Source: Thermoproteota archaeon
GTDB taxonomy: Archaea; Korarchaeota; Korarchaeia; Korarchaeales; Korarchaeaceae
DNA length: 38,892 nucleotides
Assembly: GCA_026986575.1 (NCBI GenBank)
Contig: JALSOH010000008.1
Span: 1-38,892 of the forward strand
Direction of reading: 5' to 3'
Positions 9,103-17,353 of the stretch are shown here, piece by piece. The notes under the pieces were generated by a model. The model was not told the origin of the DNA. It ran no database searches and worked only from the letters and a program-made list of their open reading frames with translations. The position numbers and the translations under genes are program-made. How positions within the stretch are numbered: position 1 is the stretch's first letter; every line of letters starts with the position of its first letter.

Positions 9103-10002
9103 ATGCGATTAGACGATTCTCCTACCGAAAATGATTTGCTTAGCATAGACTGGGATATAGCCATAATATTAGATGCAATGAGATATGACTTCTTTAAGGA
9201 GCTATACAACCATTTCTTCGAGGGGAAGCTGAAAGGAGTCGAATCTAAAGGATCCTGTACCCCAGAATGGTTCAGGAAGACCTTCACATCGTATTACAGC
9301 GATATAATATACATCTCAGCTAATCCTTACATAAATTCTTTACCAATTAGAGCATATAGCTATAAAGCTATTGAGCACTTCCCTGAGGTGATAGATGTCT
9401 GGCTCTATGGATGGGACAGCTTGCTGGGTACTGTAGTACCTCAGGAGGTAAACAGGATCGCTAAGAAGATCATAGATCTAGAGGCCAGTGCGAATAAGAG
9501 GATCATCGTACATTACCTCCAACCGCACGCCCCATACCTGACCCCCGAAGGATACGCGTTAGGCTTTCCTAATCCGTTGCCTGATAAGCAGATGTTCTTG
9601 ATGGGAATCGATGCCAGAGAGGGAAAAATTAAGCAAAAGTTGAAGAGATTGCTAGTTATAGCATCCGGCTTACTAGTAAGGACGGGCATACCTAACGGCT
9701 ACATCTGGAGGTTAGTTGAACTCTTGGGGATGTCCCCTATCTCTCCCTTGGATGCCACGAGGAGGAAGGTGGGAATTGAAGGGTTAAAACGGGCTTACCT
9801 TTACAACACATTGATTGTGTTGGAGGCGGTAGCTAAATTAGTTAAAGATCTAGATATGAGAGTGGTGATAACGGCCGATCACGGCGAGTTCCTAGGGGAG
9901 AATAACATGTTCAGCCACCCATGTAATCACGGCAACCCCATCCTAAAACATGTTCCACTTTTTCAATTGAAAAGGGTAAAGAAAGCTGATTTAGGGATTT
10001 AG
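9103..10002 (+). CDS. Third AlkP/sulfatase-like protein (short archaeal type)
   Basis: ILDAMRYD, SKGSCTPEWF, HYLQPHAPY, TADHGEFLGE, FSHP and HVP motifs; no CxPxR motif. ATG at 9103 follows GGTGA (track start is TTG 9085). Confidence 0.85.
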   Translation: MRLDDSPTENDLLSIDWDIAIILDAMRYDFFKELYNHFFEGKLKGVESKGSCTPEWFRKTFTSYYSDIIYISANPYINSLPIRAYSYKAIEHFPEVIDVWLYGWDSLLGTVVPQEVNRIAKKIIDLEASANKRIIVHYLQPHAPYLTPEGYALGFPNPLPDKQMFLMGIDAREGKIKQKLKRLLVIASGLLVRTGIPNGYIWRLVELLGMSPISPLDATRRKVGIEGLKRAYLYNTLIVLEAVAKLVKDLDMRVVITADHGEFLGENNMFSHPCNHGNPILKHVPLFQLKRVKKADLGI

Positions 10003-10335
10003 CATGTTGGTCTATAGTACGAGGCTCAATGTGATGAAGGGCAGGATGCTTAGACGAGCTACAGGAGCTAGCTTTCAGGGGCAGCCCTAAGAACTTTCGT
10101 ATTTCTCGGCTCTGTATAAGTGATGTCTGTAATACAGTTAGCTCGTGGTTAATACTCTAGATTCCTACCTCTAGGGTATAAATGAGCCTTCAGCCCTAGG
10201 GAACCATGGAAAATCGAGAAACTGTACCCTCAATTCTCCTCTACAGGGAGGCATATCTCCAAGCGGAGCAATGGGTAACTTTATTCCTGATTCATCAGTA
10301 AAGAGTCACAATGGTCTTCAAATAGGGATGGTGAA

Positions 10336-11487
10336 ATGAGGATCTACATTGTTATGGATAGTCCACCGTACCCCTACGCCATAGGAGGGGCTGAGATCTT
10401 TGCTCACATTCTCTCTAATGCCTTAGTACAGCTAGGACATGAGATCCACTTAGTGAGCGTTAAGTTCGGGGAGAAAACCCATGTGGATGCTAGGGATATA
10501 GAGATCCTCTATAATAGAACGATCATCAATGTAAGGGGCCCTTTCTTGGGGAGGACTCTCAATTACCTGACCTTGAAGAAGCGGCTGAAGGACCTACCTC
10601 CTGAAGGAGATGTGGTCTTCTCAATGATGGGTCATTCTTCTCTCTTAGGTTATCTAGTGAAGAAATACCTGAGAGCTAGGGCCTTAGCATTGGTATTTGC
10701 CGGTCTTGATACTGAAATACTAGCTAGGCGTGTTCACTCACTTAGGGAACTTCTCTATTACCTAGTAATGACGGTTGGATTGAAGCTAGGTCAGAGGGAG
10801 AATTGGTACATCGCTCTCACCGAAATAATGAGGAAGAAACTATCCAGATTCCTTGACAACAGCAGGATAAGAGTTATTCCTGTCGGGATAGAGGATAGAT
10901 TTTTTGAGATAAAAAGAGATGAGGTTAGTGGAAATGACATTTTGTTCGTAGGTAGACTAGAGGAGGTCAAGAATATCCGGATACTGATAAAGGCCTTCGA
11001 GCGACTTGTGAGAGAGTTGCCCGAGGCAAGGCTTATCATAGTGGGGGAAGGTTCCCAGAAGAGAAAGCTGAAAAGATACATTGATAATAAACCTGCCTTA
11101 AAGAACTCTATTCTTCTCGTTGGGGCGGTTCCTCATGAGCAGATCCACGAGTATTACAAAAAGGCGTCAGTTATTGTCATGCCATCCAAGTATGAGGGTC
11201 TATCTCTGGCCGCTCTTCAGGGAATGGCCTCCGGAATGCCTTTGGTAGCAGCTAAGGTGGGCGGCCTTCAAGAAATAGTAAAGCACGGATATAACGGTCT
11301 CTTATTCAATCCTGGATCAGTAGACGAGTTGTTTAAAGCGCTAACGTACTTGCTGAGAAATAAAGAGGCTCTGCTTAAAATGGGGATTAATGCTAGGAAA
11401 TACGCTTACATGTTTAAGATAAAGAATATCGCCAAGCTATACGAGCAGTTCGCTAGGGAGCTAATGACCTTCATTGAAGGTAGATGA
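10336..11487 (+). CDS. Glycosyltransferase family 4 (GT-B)
   Basis: GGAE, VIPVGI, FVGRLEEVKN, PSKYEGLSLAALQGMASGMP and GYNGLL motifs. Confidence 0.95.
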   Translation: MRIYIVMDSPPYPYAIGGAEIFAHILSNALVQLGHEIHLVSVKFGEKTHVDARDIEILYNRTIINVRGPFLGRTLNYLTLKKRLKDLPPEGDVVFSMMGHSSLLGYLVKKYLRARALALVFAGLDTEILARRVHSLRELLYYLVMTVGLKLGQRENWYIALTEIMRKKLSRFLDNSRIRVIPVGIEDRFFEIKRDEVSGNDILFVGRLEEVKNIRILIKAFERLVRELPEARLIIVGEGSQKRKLKRYIDNKPALKNSILLVGAVPHEQIHEYYKKASVIVMPSKYEGLSLAALQGMASGMPLVAAKVGGLQEIVKHGYNGLLFNPGSVDELFKALTYLLRNKEALLKMGINARKYAYMFKIKNIAKLYEQFARELMTFIEGR

Positions 11488-13330
11488 CTAGCGATGGGAG
11501 CGTCCTTATCAAAGTAGGAGCTACACAGCAAATAATTAGTAGGATCACCGCTATTTTGAAATAAAATCTCCTTCTTATCAGGAGATTACTTAGTTTCCTG
11601 AGGAAGTAACTGAAGCCTAGGATTCCCAATGGTAACTTTACTGCCCACAGGAGTTTCCATTCATAGAATTCGTAATGGAAATAACTCTTGCTTATTGTTA
11701 TGGTTTTGGCAGTAATGAAGGACATGAGCGCAAGGAAAATTAGATAATAGCTTCCCCTTGAACCCTTCTCCGTTAACTGTATAAGCGTAAGTAATCCATC
11801 TAAACCGAGGACGTAGGGATAAAGTAAAATCCTTATAGAACCATCTTCGAGTACTAATTGTGTGTGACTTCTTATGGAGATCAGTGATAGCACCACTAGT
11901 ATTATATACACAAGAACCGCGCTGTCCTTTAGTATATTGACAAAATCCTGAGATATAATGAGCTTATCACACAATAACCCGGTTATATTGCTTACCTTTG
12001 AAAACATTTTACTAAAAATTTTATGAAAAGAGGGTGCTATAGCGAGGAGGAATGCCAAAGTAGATAGGAATAGAGAGTACATGGTAAAATGGAAGCGGGC
12101 CCCGCGGTAGGGATTTAAAAGTACCATACACATCACATTGAGAAACGCTGTACCTATTAGACATAAAACAATGTATCGAATTCCCTTAAGGAATGATGTG
12201 GAAAATCCAAGGAAAATTATCTGGAGACATAAAGCAGTTATAATAATAGATTCGAATATATGGGTTAGGTAAAGTGCCGAAATTGTCAGGCCGAGAATGA
12301 ATAGGTATTTCGCATCCATCTTAACCGGTTCTTTTTGTGTTATTTCTCCACTATTAATTCTCAGCACCATCCAAATGGTGAATGCGTAGAGTATCAACCC
12401 GAAAACTCTAAGGTCAGAAAAAATGGCTTCGTATCTTAAGAAAGCGAAATGCGTATTTACTAGAGTGTCATAATATATGGATTCTTTTATTGCATTCAAT
12501 ACGTTAATTATATTATCGGCAGTTATTTGAGTGATCTCGAGACCGTAGAGCAATCTTTCAGCTATGTCTATAGTGAAGTCGATCCCCGCGAAGCCCCAAG
12601 AAAAGACAGAGAAGTTTACGATAAAGGTTACGATAATGTCCAAATCATTTTTATTTAAACTTCTTACCGCCTCTTTAATCAAGATATAGAGGGTTGCTGG
12701 CCATAGAATTGATGTCCAAAGTACTATGAGTGTTTTCAAGATAGCATCACTCGAAGGCTCCGAAATGGAGATTAGCGCTCCCAAGAAAACTTCATAAAGG
12801 GGAGGATATGCATGATAAGGCAATTGAAGCTTCCAGAGAGAGATTCCGGCTTCATAATGTCTGTTTAAGTCGAGGTTACCATACTTTATGATATTTGGAT
12901 AAATTAGGAGAACAGAAAATGAGTTAAATAATATAAGTCCGATAAGTGTCAGAAGTTCATATTTACTGATTTTAATGTCACTACTTTTTTTGGAAATAAG
13001 AGGTTCGTTACTAGAAGATAGAAGTGATCCCATATAAACAATAAATTCGAGAGCGACCGTTAATAATAAAATTAATTTTTTAATAGACAGATCAAGAGGT
13101 AATGAAATCACGAGCAATGACAGGAAAGCCGTTACTACATAACTAAGTATAAAGGATGCAACAAGGAGTTCAACAATTGATGAGGAAGGCCACCTAATCA
13201 TACGTAATAGAATTAAACCGGGAAAGAAGAGGAGGGTTGGGAGGGACAAGATTACTTTAAGTATCCCCCATGCGTTAATGCCAGTTATGTTCATTGCTAA
13301 GAGTGTTAAGATAAGTGATATTCCCACCAA
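11471..13330 (-). CDS. Polytopic membrane protein, GT-C-like; strongly AT-rich
   Basis: Many hydrophobic segments; DLNRH followed by YPPLY after the N-terminal TM bundle; LTHIFES and YEWK motifs matching the neighbouring large protein. Function is inferred. Confidence 0.7.
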   Translation of the reverse strand: MVGISLILTLLAMNITGINAWGILKVILSLPTLLFFPGLILLRMIRWPSSSIVELLVASFILSYVVTAFLSLLVISLPLDLSIKKLILLLTVALEFIVYMGSLLSSSNEPLISKKSSDIKISKYELLTLIGLILFNSFSVLLIYPNIIKYGNLDLNRHYEAGISLWKLQLPYHAYPPLYEVFLGALISISEPSSDAILKTLIVLWTSILWPATLYILIKEAVRSLNKNDLDIIVTFIVNFSVFSWGFAGIDFTIDIAERLLYGLEITQITADNIINVLNAIKESIYYDTLVNTHFAFLRYEAIFSDLRVFGLILYAFTIWMVLRINSGEITQKEPVKMDAKYLFILGLTISALYLTHIFESIIITALCLQIIFLGFSTSFLKGIRYIVLCLIGTAFLNVMCMVLLNPYRGARFHFTMYSLFLSTLAFLLAIAPSFHKIFSKMFSKVSNITGLLCDKLIISQDFVNILKDSAVLVYIILVVLSLISIRSHTQLVLEDGSIRILLYPYVLGLDGLLTLIQLTEKGSRGSYYLIFLALMSFITAKTITISKSYFHYEFYEWKLLWAVKLPLGILGFSYFLRKLSNLLIRRRFYFKIAVILLIICCVAPTLIRTLPSLVIYLQ

Positions 13331-13712
13331 TGAAGTGAGAATATCTTTCTCTCTTCATACTTTAACCCTCAGGCAGATTAGGATGGAGACAATATTTATC
13401 AAACTATTATTGTTACTACTTAACCTAGTCTAGTTAGGCTAGATTAATTATTAAAATCAATGTATTTATCCTAACTCCCATACGCGAGATGGTGACAAAT
13501 ACTACCCACCCTTACTAACGACATCTTAGTTTACAGTATCCAGACCATTCAGGATCAAACGACTATATTTGCGAATCCCACTGGATTAATATCCTAGAGT
13601 AGTCTTCTGCGCGGAGGGCCCTATGCGTCAAATCGTGAACCATCGATCTGCTGACCCGATAAGAAAGCTAAATCATATTAAGGTTTGGACAGGCTTCTCA
13701 GTTCGATGTAGA

Positions 13713-16700
13713 ATGAAATTAAAAGCACAAAACATTTGGTTCCCACTTACTGTGTTCGTGTTTTCCATTCCTACGGCGTTTCTCACAAACTTAGGTCTCG
13801 TAAGCGGGGCACTAGTGTTGCTACCAGTACTGGCGGCATTCTCTATGACTTTACAACACGGAATGAAGTATGATACATCCCTAATATCTAGGATCATGAG
13901 CCTTATACCCCTCCCACTCCTCGCCATCTCGCTCTACTTTCCTGATCCTTTGATCAGGTCCCTAACTTCGATTATTTTCCTCATGCTCATGCCCTACGGC
14001 TTTGTCTCAATGCTAAATGAACCACTATCTGCTAGGGTCGCTCTGACGTTCGTGATCGGGATCTTTCTGTCAATTCTCATAATTTTAGTCGGGATATTGA
14101 CGACGACAGATTTGATACTGCCTGCTCTGGCTCTGCTAGCATCTCTATCGGCAATTACAGGAGTTTTAGCTGGAGGTAAAAAGAACTCTGTAGAAGTCCC
14201 CCTTAACTACCTCCTCGAGGTGTTATTCCTCTCGATATTCTTCCTTGTTGAATTATCGGTTGCCTATCCCGGAATCCTGAGGATGATAAGTAATGACCTT
14301 CTATATCATCAATCCTATGCCAGAAAACTAATTTTGAGCCCCTCTAAGTACAACATGTGGAGCTACCTCGGATATCACTCAATTTTGGCCTCCACATTTA
14401 AGATATCATCACCTGATGTGCTCTCCCTAATGATATCAGCATCTATCTTGAATTTTTTCGCATTTTTAATGGTAGCCGCTTCCTTCACCAAACTATCTTA
14501 CAAAGAGGAAGCTCTGTTCCTGTGGAGTCTGCTGACCGGTTTCGGCTGGCTAGCAGTAGTCAAATACGGCAGTGACGTCAAAGGTCTGGAAGCGGCGAAC
14601 AACGCCTCCTACAAATCGTTAGTGTGGAGCCAGCCCATATTCTTCTGGGCTCTTCCTCTCACCCTCGCCATAGGGGTACTCTCCCTTCTGATCTACGTGG
14701 ACTCTTTCACTGAAAGTAAGTGGAAACCCCTGCTGGTCTTCGTGCTGACCTGTACCTCATTCCTCCTACATGTGGCAGAAGCCATTCTGTTCGTGGCATA
14801 CCTTTTCGTGATGGCCCTCCTGTTTGGAAAGAGGAGGGAAAGCGCCTTCGGAGCCACGGCCGCGGGTGCTCTACTCACCATTCTGTACTTAATACCTGGC
14901 ATCTACTCAGGAAATGCACCGAGCTCCTCCAAGTACTTGCTAGTCGCTTCTGTGGCTGCACTGATAGTTAGCGAACTTAGGGACAGGCTACTCTCAGGAC
15001 TCGGAAGGATAATTGAGTTATTGAGTAGGCGAAGGCGGGAGATCTCCGCATTCTTACTCTCCATCCTCACTACGGGACTCATAATTTGGCTGGTTCATAT
15101 GGATGAGGTGGATGTGAATTCCCTTTACTATTTAGGGCAGGTCCCATGGTTCTTTTATCCGATGATGCTGGGCGTCTCGGCCTTCCTGGCAGTCGTTCAG
15201 CTGAGGTCGAGATTCCGCCTAGAATACGCTGTATTCGTTCTCGTTAGTCTCCTCCTAGGAAGGCTCATCACCTATTACAAGCTGATGGGTTTCACCCTTG
15301 CCTACTGGGAGTATAGATTTCCTCTGTACGCATCACTGGGAATTGCTGTTCTAGCGGCTCCACTCATAGGCAACCTCAGAAGGAGGACTGGGAGGAAATG
15401 GATAGCTGCCCTTCTGCTAGGGCTGATCTTCTTCTCGGGATATGCGACGACTACTGCCAGCGTACAGATATGGTATAATGTAAACGAGTACGGTGAGGAT
15501 CTCATCCTACCTTCGGACTTTAAGTTCGCAATTAGGTCTAGGTTCTTCGAGACCCACCACATGCCAGCCCTCGTGCTCACCTCTTACTCGTCAGCCATGA
15601 TACCACTGATGAATCCTCCATCGACCGTAAAGCAGATGGTACCGTGGCTATCTTCCGGTCCGGAGATCCCACTCTATTTGCTCAACAGTGTCACTTCTAA
15701 GGAGAAGGTGGCTGCTCTCTTCACGATCTCTGATCTGGGGTTCTTGGAGAAGAGTAATGCGTCCTTCAGCTACCTTAGAAGGTTCATGGGACCTCTCCTC
15801 TCATATCCCTCCCTGACCCCTATAAACCTAAAGCCTCCCGTCTCCCCCGAGTCGAATCTCGCTATAATCCTTCCAGCCGATATTTATCTGAGGAGGAGGG
15901 CCCTTGTTGCATACGAGCTGATCAGGGGACAGCTTTCTCCTCACACGATCTACCTGAGCGATGATCCGGCAGCTCCCGACGGTGTGTTCATAGGAGCTAA
16001 ATCCGATGAGGTCACGATAGACGAGGATCTGCCCGCTGACCCCTTCGATCTCAGATGGATATACATCTGGGGCAATTTCTCTCGGGGATTAAAGGTATCC
16101 GGAAAGAGGAACGTTGCTATATCCTCATATCAATTGGAGAACGGCACGTATGAGATCAGCGCATGTGGCATCATGACAGGATACGTGGGAGCGATCTATT
16201 CCTTTAGGAACTTCGCCAATTACAGAATACTCCAAATCTTCTTGGAGAATGGGATAGCAGTCGAAAGGTTGGTTGAGGGAGGCGAGGTAAAGTCCGGAAA
16301 GCCCATCCCAGTGCCTATCAGGGTGTCTGACAACTGCTTGAATTTGACGCTCACATCCAACGGAACAATCTCTGCAATCGTGAATGGGAAGATCATCAAG
16401 CTCTCAGGTGGTGAACTTGGAGTCGTTGGGCTGGAGACCTCGGATTTCAGTGGGATAATTCACGGCCATGTGAGAGGAGTTCATAGGATTCAGAAGATGA
16501 ACGCTTCAATCGTCCTAGACGTCGTCGAAGGAGAGCTGGCTGAGTGGGTGGATCGAGCACTTAGAAACATTTCAAAGACGAGAACGGAGTTCGATCTCAA
16601 GATACATGTACCAAGGGGAGAGATCAAACGCATCAAACCAGTTGCCGCCTCTATAGACTTGGAGGCATCGGGTGACGTGGTGATAACTGGAAGACCGGTC

Positions 16701-17234
16701 TGGAAGTACACGGATGGAGATAAGACCTACCTGAACGAGGGCGTTGTCACACTGAGGGCCTCAAAGATAAGCTTCAAAGGAGGCGAGGGGTTCTATGTAG
16801 ATATAAGCATAGAAGGGGCCGAGTCCAAGTGGAATGATGGTGGGAAAGCTCTGATTAGATTCAGAACTCCTCTAGAGATACGCGCGCAGGGGAATATCAC
16901 CCTTCACAGATTCCACTACATCAAGGGGTATGTGGGTAAGGCTGCCACTTTGAATGTCAGTGCGGCCAATTTAACCGTGATCGCTGCGGACAACTCTCTC
17001 GTCTTCAGCAAGGTTGAAATACCGGAGAAGAACCTTGTCAAGAGGGCTATGTGGAGGGCCTTTGACGAGACCCGTTATCTTGGCGAGTCGCTCTTGGCAG
17101 TAATCGTGCTGACATCTGTCTTCCTCTACATCGACAGGAGGTACCGGTGGGAGCCACCGATGGCGAGGACTCCGGCCAAGAGGAGGAGAAAGGGGAAGGA
17201 GAGGAAAGGGAAGGGAAAGGGAGGTAAGAGCTAA
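13713..17234 (+). CDS. Large membrane protein: GT-C-like N-terminal TM domain, beta-rich extracytoplasmic region, C-terminal TM helix and basic tail
   Basis: About 600 aa of TM helices (NDLLYH, LHVAEA, WEYRF), then a soluble region rich in NxS/T sequons, a final TM (LLAVIVLTSVFLYI) and an RRRKGKERKGKGKGGKS tail. ATG 13713 preferred over 13623. Confidence 0.75.
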   Translation: MKLKAQNIWFPLTVFVFSIPTAFLTNLGLVSGALVLLPVLAAFSMTLQHGMKYDTSLISRIMSLIPLPLLAISLYFPDPLIRSLTSIIFLMLMPYGFVSMLNEPLSARVALTFVIGIFLSILIILVGILTTTDLILPALALLASLSAITGVLAGGKKNSVEVPLNYLLEVLFLSIFFLVELSVAYPGILRMISNDLLYHQSYARKLILSPSKYNMWSYLGYHSILASTFKISSPDVLSLMISASILNFFAFLMVAASFTKLSYKEEALFLWSLLTGFGWLAVVKYGSDVKGLEAANNASYKSLVWSQPIFFWALPLTLAIGVLSLLIYVDSFTESKWKPLLVFVLTCTSFLLHVAEAILFVAYLFVMALLFGKRRESAFGATAAGALLTILYLIPGIYSGNAPSSSKYLLVASVAALIVSELRDRLLSGLGRIIELLSRRRREISAFLLSILTTGLIIWLVHMDEVDVNSLYYLGQVPWFFYPMMLGVSAFLAVVQLRSRFRLEYAVFVLVSLLLGRLITYYKLMGFTLAYWEYRFPLYASLGIAVLAAPLIGNLRRRTGRKWIAALLLGLIFFSGYATTTASVQIWYNVNEYGEDLILPSDFKFAIRSRFFETHHMPALVLTSYSSAMIPLMNPPSTVKQMVPWLSSGPEIPLYLLNSVTSKEKVAALFTISDLGFLEKSNASFSYLRRFMGPLLSYPSLTPINLKPPVSPESNLAIILPADIYLRRRALVAYELIRGQLSPHTIYLSDDPAAPDGVFIGAKSDEVTIDEDLPADPFDLRWIYIWGNFSRGLKVSGKRNVAISSYQLENGTYEISACGIMTGYVGAIYSFRNFANYRILQIFLENGIAVERLVEGGEVKSGKPIPVPIRVSDNCLNLTLTSNGTISAIVNGKIIKLSGGELGVVGLETSDFSGIIHGHVRGVHRIQKMNASIVLDVVEGELAEWVDRALRNISKTRTEFDLKIHVPRGEIKRIKPVAASIDLEASGDVVITGRPVWKYTDGDKTYLNEGVVTLRASKISFKGGEGFYVDISIEGAESKWNDGGKALIRFRTPLEIRAQGNITLHRFHYIKGYVGKAATLNVSAANLTVIAADNSLVFSKVEIPEKNLVKRAMWRAFDETRYLGESLLAVIVLTSVFLYIDRRYRWEPPMARTPAKRRRKGKERKGKGKGGKS

Positions 17235-17353
17235 GAGGAGTTAGCTAAGGTGGCTGGACGCTTAGCGGACCGGCCGGATCCCCCGAAAGGGTTATCTTTT
17301 CCTCACTCCCCTCATCACGGTGTGACCGACTTAGAGGCGAGAAGTGACCCATA

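Noticed and set aside
5068-10002. Calling the AlkP proteins arylsulfatases
   Set aside because: No CxPxR/SxPxR motif and no maturation enzyme in the window.
10025-10100. C/D box sRNA starting at GTGATGA
   Set aside because: No suitably placed CTGA D or D' boxes.
17170-17234. Purine-rich AAGGG-like repeats
   Set aside because: Explained by the Lys/Gly/Arg-rich protein tail.
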